A stretch of DNA of 64,000 nucleotides from Candidatus Kapaibacterium sp. GTDB taxonomy: Bacteria; Bacteroidota; Ignavibacteria; OLB7. Made by a program: the position numbers and the translations under genes. Positions 27,403-36,263 of the stretch are shown in pieces (position 1 is the stretch's first letter; each line of letters begins with the position of its first letter). The stretch covers positions 4,609-68,608 of the forward strand of contig DASZRW010000111.1 in the NCBI GenBank assembly GCA_035549015.1. The letters are read 5' to 3'. The notes under the pieces were generated by a model. That model was not told the origin of the DNA and made no database searches. It saw only the letters and a list, made by a program, of their open reading frames with translations.

Positions 27403-27736
27403 GCGCAGGCAGATGCATGGAATGCCCCGGGGGTGTCACAACCTTCGGGGCGTTTCCTCGCCGCAGCTTCCATGCCGCGGCGTGATCTACCCTGTTGAAT
27501 GCGGCCGGTGCGCCGTTCGATGACGATGAAATGGAGGCCGTCGGCAAACTGAAATTGCGGTCTGCGGAAACTGTAATCATCTGCCGGTAGATTGAACGCA
27601 TTGTTTCTCACGATCATCGTCGATGGGAAATCGGCCGGCGCTTCCGGTCCCTGCGTGGAGGCGAGGCCAACGAAGATTGTGCAAGGAGGAGATTGCACGT
27701 CCCACAATGAGAGAGAAGGGACTGACGCATGATGGG

Positions 27737-27788
27737 GGCGCCCGCGTACCCTGCCAGCGATGGCTGGTGCCGCGGGCGCCTTTATGTT
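27737..27788 (+). terminator. orphan intrinsic terminator inside a gene-free spacer
   Basis: Perfect 10-bp stem GGCGCCCGCG / CGCGGGCGCC enclosing a nested CCAGC/GCTGG hairpin, followed by TTTATGTT. No credible CDS ends upstream of it. Confidence 0.5.
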
Positions 27789-27978
27789 GCCGCCGCCTGC
27801 TCGCCGCATTGCTCTGCGGCGGGCATCACAACCGGAACACCGGGTGTTGCATTGTTCGGCTTCACACCGGGCCTCCCGGGAACATGCATGTATTGTATAT
27901 CGGATCGTTGCCGGGAGATGATCGCGGCGCATGGATCGATCGGTGAGTGATGGAGCGGGGAAACGGAGATGGTGATGC

Positions 27979-28485
27979 GTGTGCATGGTTCAATCAACCA
28001 ATATTCAGACGGAGGAGACAGTGGACCCATTGGAACCGATAGCCGGAATCTCGCTCGAACAGTATGCCGAGTTGAGCGCGAAGATGTCGAACTGCGGCGG
28101 CGATCTCGAAGTGTGCGTGCAGATCGCGGCGGAGAACGGCGTTGATCGCGCTACCTGGGAGGCCGCAATGAACGGATGGAATGCGCGGATGTACGATCCG
28201 GCAACGGCCAGCGCCGTTGTGATGGCCTACTATCCGCTGCACCAGGCGGCGATGAAGCAGTTCGCTCCGCCGCCGCCGGAGATCGCCTACGAACAGTACG
28301 TGACGATGTATGCCACGGTGATGAAGAAGGGGGAGCAGACGATGTTCGATTCGTACAATGTCACACCACAGCAGTGGAGCCAGATCTCCGGCGACTGGGT
28401 AGGGAAGCTGACGTCGGACAAGGCCCTGGCCGACAAGTTCACCAAGGACGCGCTCGCGGAGATGGATCGTATCGCCGCCGGCTGA
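27979..28485 (+). CDS. hypothetical all-alpha protein (unknown family)
   Basis: 168 aa. GTG start 10 nt after GGAGA (alternative ATG 27985). Composition is protein-like and not Arg-rich (ISLEQYAELSAKM..., WEAAMNGWNARMYDP...). A hairpin follows the stop. Confidence 0.65.
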   Translation: MCMVQSTNIQTEETVDPLEPIAGISLEQYAELSAKMSNCGGDLEVCVQIAAENGVDRATWEAAMNGWNARMYDPATASAVVMAYYPLHQAAMKQFAPPPPEIAYEQYVTMYATVMKKGEQTMFDSYNVTPQQWSQISGDWVGKLTSDKALADKFTKDALAEMDRIAAG

Positions 28486-28514
28486 AGCAGCCGATACCAA
28501 CCGGAAGCAGTTGC

Positions 28515-28556
28515 AACGGGGATGCCCGCGCCGGCGCGCAGGCATCCCCGTTCTGC
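28515..28556 (+). terminator. hairpin after the 168-aa ORF
   Basis: 12-bp stem AACGGGGATGCC / GGCATCCCCGTT with a 14-nt loop, then CTGC (poor U-tract). Confidence 0.45.
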
Positions 28557-28750
28557 AGTGTGCCGTTGGCACACCGGCATGTGCGGCGTTGCGCTCGGAC
28601 ATGGTGTCCGGAGAATCGATTCGGCGCCCGGCGGAAACCGGTTCGGCCCCGCTCGATAATCGCTGAGTCTATCTTGGTGCATCGACTGATCCGCCGGCCG
28701 GCGGATCGGCATCACGAGGAACTCAACCAACAGGAAAGGATATCCGGACA

Positions 28751-29176
28751 ATGAAGGACGAACAGGTGAATCTGGTTCGCGAGACGTTCGCAATGGTGTC
28801 GCCGATCGCGGAGGCGGCGGCCGGACTCTTCTACGGAAAGCTCTTCGAGCTCGATCCGAATCTTGCGCCGCTCTTCAAGGGGGCGGACATGAAGGAGCAG
28901 GGACGGAAGTTGATGGCGATGCTTGCCATGGTGGTTGCCGGGCTGGACCGCTTCGACGCGCTTCGGCCGGCCGTTGCGAATCTCGGCGCACGCCATGTGG
29001 AGTATCACGTCCGTCCGGAGGACTACAACACGGTTGGCGCCGCGCTCCTCTGGACGCTGGAGACCGGGCTCGGCGAGGCGTACACGCCGGCGGTTGCGGA
29101 GGCGTGGACGGCCGCATACACGGCGCTCAGCGGCGTGATGCTGGAAGCGCACGAGGCGAGCGTGATTGGGGCGTAA
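28751..29176 (+). CDS. single-domain globin (bacterial haemoglobin / sensor-globin-like)
   Basis: 141 aa. VNLVRETFAMVSPIAEAAAGLFYGKLFELDPNLAPLFKG...QGRKLMAMLAMVV...LGARHVEYHVRPEDYNTVGAALLWTLE is the standard globin helix pattern with a proximal His in GARH. Confidence 0.88.
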   Translation: MKDEQVNLVRETFAMVSPIAEAAAGLFYGKLFELDPNLAPLFKGADMKEQGRKLMAMLAMVVAGLDRFDALRPAVANLGARHVEYHVRPEDYNTVGAALLWTLETGLGEAYTPAVAEAWTAAYTALSGVMLEAHEASVIGA

Positions 29177-29566
29177 TCAATCGTTCTTCGCCAGTAGCCG
29201 TTCGTGCCGTGGCCTCGTATCGTCATCGCCGGACCACCGACCTCGACGATCTTCCCGACGGATCGGAGCGTCGATGCGGCATCATTCGGCAATGGCCCAC
29301 CGGTGATCCCCGCGAGCCCCGACGGAGTCGGGGGGCGTGGCGACACGGGTGGGTTGGCCTCACGCGGCTGGTTCGGTTCGGTACGTTGAGCGCGAGATGT
29401 CGCGTCGCCCTACGCGAAGCGGGGGCGTGGCATCGCGAAGCAGCGCCGCAGGCCGTCGTTCCCGTACAGTACACACGGTGCGTCGAAGGCATGCGGCCCC
29501 GAGTGGACGGCAGTACAACTGCCGACCAACGAGCGGGCATTATCCATGACTACTGACAAATAACCA

Positions 29567-32500
29567 CTAACTCATCCCCTCCATCTCCGCCCGCATGCCG
29601 ATGCGGCGGGCCTCCGTGCGTTTGCCCAGCGAGACAAGGGCATCCTGCAGCAGCTCGGCGATCTCTTCGTCGTCCGGCATTGCCGCGAACGCCAGGCGCA
29701 GCACCTCTTCGGCGGCGGCTCCGTCTCCCTCGCGCTGCAGAGCGCGGGCAAGCCGGATGGTGGTGGCGCGGAGTTCGCTTTCGAAGTCCTCGCGCACGGC
29801 CTCGAAGAACTCGTCGTACAAGGTCGGGAAGGGGACCCTGCCGCCGCATATCGCCAGAGCGGCGAGCAGTTCCGGCAGAGCACGCACAAGCGCCCCCTCA
29901 CGCATCGCCTCCGTTGCGGCCGTGAGATGGCGGTGGGCGCGTATCAGGTCCACATCGACATGGGCAAGATCGAGCACCGGCGTCTCGCCGGCGGTGGAGA
30001 TGGCATCGGTGCTCAGCAGTTCGCGAAGGCGGAACACGGCGAAGTTCACGGACTTGCGCACGCTGTCCGGGTCGCGCTCGGAGCCGAAGACGATGGATGC
30101 GAACTCGTTCGCGGAGAGGGGCTTTGCCAGCATGTGGTCGGCGGCCATCAGGCCAAGCATGGTGCAGAGCTGCGTGCCGCGAACGCGCACCGGCTCCTCC
30201 TGTCCGGCCGCCTGTACGGTGATGGTGCCGAGGAGCGAGACATGCAGTTGCTGTTCCGCCGTGGAGCTTGCACGTTCCTCGTCGCGCTGGCGTGAAAGGG
30301 CTGCGACCGCGGCGCGCCAGGCGCGGATCTCCGCCTTCGTGAGGATCTGTTCGAAACGATCCACGATCACCCGCATCACCGCGGGGAGCGAACGGCCGTT
30401 CAACCATTCCAGCATCGCGATCACGCTGTTGTGAACGAACTGCTCCACGGATGCGCCGAAGCGCAGGTCCGGATGTTCCAGATCGATCGCGTCGACGAGT
30501 TCGATCATCGCGCGGTGATGAATCAGATCGTCAACCATCAGCAGCTCGCGGGCGAGGAGCGCCCGCACCGTCTGCCGCGCCGGTTCGAGGCCGGCGGCCG
30601 GATCCATCAGCAGCGCGAGCGGCGCCTTGAAGTGCGCGATCTCCTGCGCTCCGTTCTCCATTGTCTCGCGGAGCGATTCTATATCCGCGGTGATCACCTC
30701 CAGAAGGAGGCGGCGATCGGCAAGCATCGGGGCCTCGTTGCCGTACAGCATCTGATAACGCCGTGCATGTTCCCAGTCACCAAGCAGAAGCGCGGCGCCG
30801 GCAAAGTGCGGGCCGATGATGCTCTTCGCCTGCTGTCGTGCGATCTCCGGTATCATCTCCATCAAAGCGCCGATCTGATCGTCTGCAAGCGTCGCCGTTC
30901 CGCCGATCACCATCTCCGAGAAGATGCGCATGATGGTGCTGCTGAAGATCTCCATCTGCATCCCCAGCTCACGGTATACCGGCAGCATCTCCTCGTGGAA
31001 CGCGATGCAGCGGTCGAACAGTCCCGATTGGAACAGACGCTCCTGCTTGCAGATGGCGAGCACCGTATCCTCGCGCGCGGCCACGGCCTCCAGCTCCGAG
31101 AGCTCGCGCAGGCGCGCGGCAAGCTCCTCCGACGACTCGGCCACGTTCAGGAAGAAGGGGGTGATCGTGAGCCATGCCTGGAAGCGTATGGCCTCCGTAG
31201 TGGCGGGATCATCCAGGAATGCGCGGAGCAATGCCTCCACCTCGCGCAGCCGCACCTGGTGATTGAGAATCTTGGCTGCCTCCGCGGACTCCCGCAGATG
31301 GCTGATATAGGGGCGTGTGTTGCGGAGTTCCGGAAACTGGCTGGCAATCGATTCCACTTCGCTCCACGCATCGAGGCAGGCCGAGGGATCCACGCGCTTC
31401 AACTGCCGGCGGCGATACACGATCGCGCGCAGGCGGAGCAGGCCCCAGGCGCTGTTCCCCGGATTCTCCGTGAGCGCCATCAACCGCTCAACCCGTTCCC
31501 CGTAGTCGTCCCGGCGCAGGCGGCGCTGGATGGTGAGATGGTTGATGATGATGAGCGCCTGCAGCTCCCTGCGGCGTTCCTCCGGCCAGCGCCCGGCGGC
31601 ATGTCCGGCCAGCGCGTCCGGCACGTTCATCACCGTGGTGGTTCGATGCCAGTTGGAGCTCCGGTCCAGCACCGACGTGATGACGAAGATGCGCTCGATC
31701 GCCTGTGCGATCTCCTCCGGATCGGCCGTCACTTCGTGAGCGCGTGCCTCCAGGAGCGGGAAGGGAATGAGGGAGTAGAGCGGGTACTTCGCCGCGAGGA
31801 TGCGCACCATCATGTCCGCGTCGAACCGGCCGCGATCGGCGAAGTGCCGGTGGAGCAGCGAATGCGTGAATGCAAGCGGTGCGCTCTCGCTCTGCGTGTC
31901 GGTGATCGGCAGCGGAGGGGAGGCGCTCGTGGTGATGATGCCCTTGAACGTCAGCATCTCCAGAATGGTCTCCGCCTCGGCGAGCGCCGCCTGTGCCGTC
32001 TCGCGCGCGAACACCTCCCCGAGCATTGCAAGCCGTTCGGCCGCTTCCTTCTCGCGCTCGGTGAGGTGGGCCACCATCCCTTCGGAGAGGAGGCGCACAT
32101 TCCGCTCCAACGCGCGCACGAAGGCGTTCTGATCGATCATGACTCCGGAGCCGTTGCGCGGCCCGGCTCCCGGGGAACCGGTACGGAGCGCGCCGCGGAG
32201 CGCCGAACGGAGCGCCAGCGAATTTCCCGTGGTTCGTTCGCGCAGCGTCTGCACGATCTCCTCGCGCACCTGCTCGCCGAAGATGGAGCGGCAGAGGAGG
32301 GCGATCTCCGTCTCGGAGAGTCCGTGCAGCGTGATCTCGTCAACCAGGTAGCGCTCCAGCACCGCGCGTGCAGGCGTCTGGACCGGACGCGCAGTGGCGA
32401 GCAGGGAGAGCGGTTCATCGGCAAGGCGATCCAGAATGGCGGCGAAGTCCGGAACGGCGTCGGGGGGAAGCAGATGCAGATCCTCCACGATCACCAGCGT

Positions 32501-33028
32501 GGGGCGGAGGCTGGAGATACGGAGCAGCGCGGCGGCCACGCCCCCCATCGTCTCCTCCGGCTCCGTCTTGAGCAGGTGGCTGGCGGTTGCCGACCGGGTC
32601 AGCGCCCGCGCAAGCAGCGGCGCGATCGATGTGCCGGCATCCGGATAGAGCTTTGTCTGCACCACCGTGCCGCCGGCGTTGGCGATGCGCGGCGTGATCT
32701 CCTCGATCAGCCGGCTCTTGCCGATGCCTGCCTCACCGGAGACGATCATGGCACGGAGGCCGGGGGAATCCGACGTCTCCCCCCAGAATCGAGCAATGCG
32801 CTCCGCCTCCTCGCTGCGGCCAACGAAGGGGAGAAGCCCGTGGTTCAGGAAATCGATCTGCGAACGCTGCATCTGGGGGAGGAATTCCTTCGGTTCACCG
32901 GCCGATAATCGCTTCGGGGTTGGGAGATAATCGCTCGGAATATATTGAAATCGCTTCTGTGATGAACTCTCATACCCCGCAGGGCGTACCGGAGAGATCG
33001 CACTGCGAGAGATATCATGAGCAATCAT
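29567..33028 (-). CDS. large P-loop NTPase regulator with C-terminal winged-helix + BTAD (SARP-type) module, paralog of 21502-24798
   Basis: 1153-aa ORF. Walker A SGEAGIGKSRL, Walker B LVIVEDLHLL, C-terminal LLGTITVQ...VFRLRELL...VDLIRAH...EVLRLAFAAMPDDEEI. Aligning it to the paralog suggests the true start may be ATG 32872 (MQRSQIDFLNHGLLPFVGRS). Confidence 0.85.
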   Translation of the reverse strand: MIAHDISRSAISPVRPAGYESSSQKRFQYIPSDYLPTPKRLSAGEPKEFLPQMQRSQIDFLNHGLLPFVGRSEEAERIARFWGETSDSPGLRAMIVSGEAGIGKSRLIEEITPRIANAGGTVVQTKLYPDAGTSIAPLLARALTRSATASHLLKTEPEETMGGVAAALLRISSLRPTLVIVEDLHLLPPDAVPDFAAILDRLADEPLSLLATARPVQTPARAVLERYLVDEITLHGLSETEIALLCRSIFGEQVREEIVQTLRERTTGNSLALRSALRGALRTGSPGAGPRNGSGVMIDQNAFVRALERNVRLLSEGMVAHLTEREKEAAERLAMLGEVFARETAQAALAEAETILEMLTFKGIITTSASPPLPITDTQSESAPLAFTHSLLHRHFADRGRFDADMMVRILAAKYPLYSLIPFPLLEARAHEVTADPEEIAQAIERIFVITSVLDRSSNWHRTTTVMNVPDALAGHAAGRWPEERRRELQALIIINHLTIQRRLRRDDYGERVERLMALTENPGNSAWGLLRLRAIVYRRRQLKRVDPSACLDAWSEVESIASQFPELRNTRPYISHLRESAEAAKILNHQVRLREVEALLRAFLDDPATTEAIRFQAWLTITPFFLNVAESSEELAARLRELSELEAVAAREDTVLAICKQERLFQSGLFDRCIAFHEEMLPVYRELGMQMEIFSSTIMRIFSEMVIGGTATLADDQIGALMEMIPEIARQQAKSIIGPHFAGAALLLGDWEHARRYQMLYGNEAPMLADRRLLLEVITADIESLRETMENGAQEIAHFKAPLALLMDPAAGLEPARQTVRALLARELLMVDDLIHHRAMIELVDAIDLEHPDLRFGASVEQFVHNSVIAMLEWLNGRSLPAVMRVIVDRFEQILTKAEIRAWRAAVAALSRQRDEERASSTAEQQLHVSLLGTITVQAAGQEEPVRVRGTQLCTMLGLMAADHMLAKPLSANEFASIVFGSERDPDSVRKSVNFAVFRLRELLSTDAISTAGETPVLDLAHVDVDLIRAHRHLTAATEAMREGALVRALPELLAALAICGGRVPFPTLYDEFFEAVREDFESELRATTIRLARALQREGDGAAAEEVLRLAFAAMPDDEEIAELLQDALVSLGKRTEARRIGMRAEMEGMS

Positions 33029-33340
33029 TCAGAGACCGATCCAGATACGAACGCCGGAAGGCCGGCCGATGATACCGATGAAACGCCTCTGCGCTGCGGT
33101 GCCTGCCTGGCATTCGGCTACCGGGACGACAAGTACTGCGCCTGCTGCGGCGCCCCCCTTCGCCGGCTGTGCCGGGAGTGCGGCGCGGCGGTCCTGCAGC
33201 CGGTGGCGTTCTTCTGCACCCAGTGCGGCGCCCGCCTGAGCGGCGACGATGCCGATGCACGCGGCGGCATGCACCGGGAGAAAATTTCGTCTGGGGACGA
33301 ACGCGGCCGCGCTCAGCGCGACCGCCACACCACCACATGA
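33017..33340 (+). CDS. double zinc-ribbon protein
   Basis: 107 aa with four CxxC pairs (CGAC, CACC, CREC, CTQC) spaced as two zinc ribbons. The flanks are low-complexity Asp/Arg-rich. Its first 12 nt overlap the longest-ORF start of the divergent regulator. Confidence 0.55.
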   Translation: MSNHSETDPDTNAGRPADDTDETPLRCGACLAFGYRDDKYCACCGAPLRRLCRECGAAVLQPVAFFCTQCGARLSGDDADARGGMHREKISSGDERGRAQRDRHTTT

Positions 33341-33980
33341 GGGAGCCGGGGAGAAGAGAGGGGAGGAATGAACCGCCGGGCCTGGAACCATCGGCGCAGC
33401 CGGCCTGGCCTTCGGCGGAATGATAGAAGACATGAAACGATGAGCACAACGTGTTATGAAGACGTGAATCGATGAGGATGTGAGTCGTGAATGAGGCCGT
33501 CCCCACGCTCGGACGTGAGACGCGCCGGTTATCCGCAATTGCCTGGGGAAGGCGGATGCCGGCGATGTCTGCGAACGCTGCGTGGGGACGGTTGTGTTTC
33601 CCGGAGTGCGGCGGACCGCACGATATGTCGTGCTGCGATTCAACGTCTCCATGCGGTGGAGGAGTCACCGTTTGACACCCTTGTTGCAGAGTGCGCACCG
33701 GCTTTCTCCGGTTGTCCGGGACCGGCCCGGTTCCAATGGGACTGCTTTACCGGAGATGACCCGGCAAGTGACCGGCCGGCCCTGCGGCCCGTGCGGGACG
33801 GCCCTTCCAGGGTGGGCGGTTGCGAGGTTCGATGCCTGCGCCCGGTTGGGGGTGAATGTGCGGACGCCTGGTATCGATCGGAAGAGCGGAGCTCGCGCTC
33901 GCAGGCATGCCGCTCCGTGCCGGCGCTACGCTGCGCGCAGTTGCAGAAACCTGCGCAAGTCCGTACACTATGCACCATCC

Positions 33981-34328
33981 ATGCCCACGAACAGTTCCGA
34001 TATCTACAGCAGGCTGCAGCAACTCGCCGACGCGATCGAGGCGGAGATGCGGAGTGCCGGCATGTGGCAGGAGGAAGCGCTTCCCGATGAGGCATACCGG
34101 TTCCGCGCAGCATTTGCCATGGACACGATGGCGTTTCGGCAATGGCTGCAGTTCATCTTCCTGCCGCGCGTTCGTGCCATCGTTGCAGAGCGGGGAGAGC
34201 TCCCCGGCCAGAGCTTCGTTGCGGCGCAGGCGGTGCGCGAGTTCGACGGCATGGACAGCGCCGTGCATCTCGAGAGTCTGCTGTCGGACCTCGACGCGCT
34301 GGTCAGTTCCGGCGGGAGCACTCCCTGA
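33981..34328 (+). CDS. yqcC: YqcC family protein (DUF446)
   Basis: Trimmed to ATG 33981. IYSRLQQLADAIEAEMRSAGMW...AFAMDTMAFRQWLQFIFLPRV matches the E. coli YqcC pattern. The upstream part of the track ORF is Arg-rich non-coding sequence. Confidence 0.8.
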   Translation: MPTNSSDIYSRLQQLADAIEAEMRSAGMWQEEALPDEAYRFRAAFAMDTMAFRQWLQFIFLPRVRAIVAERGELPGQSFVAAQAVREFDGMDSAVHLESLLSDLDALVSSGGSTP

Positions 34329-34406
34329 GGCACGCCCGCATGCGGCGCGCGTGCCGCGCTCCACGGCCGATCGACACCGTTCAATGCCTGCTGACACATC
34401 CTCCCC

Positions 34407-36074
34407 ATGTTCAGACCAAAGCTGCTTACCACACTGCGCGACTACAGTCGTGGCCAGTTCCTTCGCGACATCGGCGCCGGCGTCATCGTCGGCATCGTGG
34501 CACTGCCGCTGGCGATAGCGTTCGCCATCGCCAGCGGCGTATCGCCGGAGAAGGGATTGATCACGGCCGTGATCGCCGGCTTCCTGATCTCGGCGCTCGG
34601 TGGGAGCAGGGTGCAGATCGGAGGACCGACCGGCGCGTTCGTGGTGATCATCTACGGCATCGTCCGGCAGTACGGTGAGGGGGGCCTCGCGATCGCCACC
34701 ATCATGGCCGGCATCCTGCTGGTGATCATGGGCGTTGCCCGACTCGGGGCGCTGATCAAGTTCATTCCGCATCCGGTGATCGTGGGGTTCACGAGCGGCA
34801 TTGCCGTCGTGATCTTCTCCTCGCAGATCAAGGACTTCCTGGGGCTGCAGATGGGGCCGGTCCCGTCGGAGTTCTTCGACAAGTGGCGGGAGTATGTTCT
34901 TCATCTCTCAACGATCAATCCGGAGGCTCTCGCGGTGGCCGCGGGGTCGCTCCTGATCATCGTGTTCTGGCCCCGTATCTCGCGCCGCGTACCCGCGCCG
35001 TTGATCGCCCTGCTTGCGGCCACTGCCGTGGTGCAGTTGTTCTCCCTTCACGTGGAAACCATCGGGTCGCGATTCGGAGCGATCCCCTCCTCGATCCCGA
35101 CCCCCTCCATTCCGCAGATCGATCTGGCCACCATCAAGACGTTGTTCGGCCCTGCCCTCACCATCGCGCTCCTCGCCGCCATCGAGTCGCTTCTCTCGGC
35201 AGTCGTGGCCGACGGCATGATCGGCGGCAAACATCGCTCCAACACGGAGTTGATAGCGCAGGGGATTGCGAACATGGCCTCGCCGCTCTTCGGCGGAATA
35301 CCGGCCACCGGAGCGATTGCCCGCACGGCAACCAACATCCGGAACGGCGGCCGTACGCCGGTGGCGGGGATCGTGCACGCCGTTGTTCTTCTGCTGTTCA
35401 TGCTGCTGCTCGGCAGATGGGCAACGCTGATCCCGCTGCCATGTCTCGCCGCGATACTCGTTGTGGTGGCCTACAACATGAGCGAGTGGCGCTCCTTCAG
35501 GGCAATGATCAGGAGCCCGCTCAGCGATGCCGTGGTCTTCGTTCTGACATTCGTCCTGACGGTTGCGATCGATCTCACGGTTGCGATCGAGGTGGGGATG
35601 GTGCTTTCGATTCTTCTGTTCATGCGGCGGATGGCGATGGTGACCAATGTGGGGGTGATCACGCGGGAGTTGAACGATGAGGATGGCGATGACGAAGCGC
35701 AGGCGGTGGCGGCGCTCCAGATGCCCGGCGTGGAGATCTACGAGATCAACGGGCCGCTCTTCTTCGGAGCCGCCTACAAGTTCGCCGAGGCGATGAATGT
35801 TGTGGAGTCCGGGCCGACCGTGCGTGTGATACGGATGCGCAACGTGCCGGCGCTGGATGCAACCGGCCTGCATGCGCTGCGCGATGCGTGGGAGCAGTTG
35901 CGCAAACGCGGCGGGCAGCTTGTGCTTGCGGAGATTCACGCCCAGCCGCTCACGGCGCTGGAGAAGGCCGGCCTCGATGTAGAGATCGGCAGCGAGAACG
36001 TTCACGGCACACTGGAGGGGGCGCTGGCCCGTGCAGCGACGCTGACAGGTGGGGGAGGGAGCGGCCGGAAGTAG
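34407..36074 (+). CDS. SulP family inorganic anion transporter with C-terminal STAS domain
   Basis: 555 aa. N-terminal LRDIGAGVIVGIVALPLAIAFAIASG, many TM helices, C-terminal STAS (VRVIRMRNVPALDATGLHAL). Confidence 0.92.
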   Translation: MFRPKLLTTLRDYSRGQFLRDIGAGVIVGIVALPLAIAFAIASGVSPEKGLITAVIAGFLISALGGSRVQIGGPTGAFVVIIYGIVRQYGEGGLAIATIMAGILLVIMGVARLGALIKFIPHPVIVGFTSGIAVVIFSSQIKDFLGLQMGPVPSEFFDKWREYVLHLSTINPEALAVAAGSLLIIVFWPRISRRVPAPLIALLAATAVVQLFSLHVETIGSRFGAIPSSIPTPSIPQIDLATIKTLFGPALTIALLAAIESLLSAVVADGMIGGKHRSNTELIAQGIANMASPLFGGIPATGAIARTATNIRNGGRTPVAGIVHAVVLLLFMLLLGRWATLIPLPCLAAILVVVAYNMSEWRSFRAMIRSPLSDAVVFVLTFVLTVAIDLTVAIEVGMVLSILLFMRRMAMVTNVGVITRELNDEDGDDEAQAVAALQMPGVEIYEINGPLFFGAAYKFAEAMNVVESGPTVRVIRMRNVPALDATGLHALRDAWEQLRKRGGQLVLAEIHAQPLTALEKAGLDVEIGSENVHGTLEGALARAATLTGGGGSGRK

Positions 36075-36263
36075 CGCGGGGGCGCCGGCAGGCGGCGTCG
36101 TTCAATCCCTCAACGCCGTCAACTGCCGCCGGCATCGGCCGCCGTCAACTGCCGGTGAGCACTGCGGAGCCGGAGGTCTCATGGCGCATGTACCGATGCG
36201 CGGGCGCACGGGTGCGCACGGACCCCGGCCAGCCATGCGTGCGGGCTGCCATCCGACATCCGC

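Noticed and set aside
27707-27946. A 79-aa Cys-rich ORF (MREKGLTHDGG...LCCRRLLAALLCGGHHNRNTGCCIV...) downstream of an SD-like GGAGGAG.
   Set aside because: It is Arg-rich, reads straight through the strong terminator hairpin at 27737-27788, and the SD spacing is about 17 nt. This composition is typical of non-coding GC-rich DNA.
12700-33400. Genomic island, mobile element or defence system signatures around the accessory genes (integrase, transposase, tRNA-flanked direct repeats, restriction/abortive-infection or effector domains fused to the STAND-like ATPases).
   Set aside because: I saw no recombinase, transposase or phage gene, and no flanking direct repeats. The large ATPases start directly with the P-loop domain and have no N-terminal nuclease, protease or TIR-like effector. 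They end in a DNA-binding SARP module, which fits transcription regulators better than Avs-type defence proteins.
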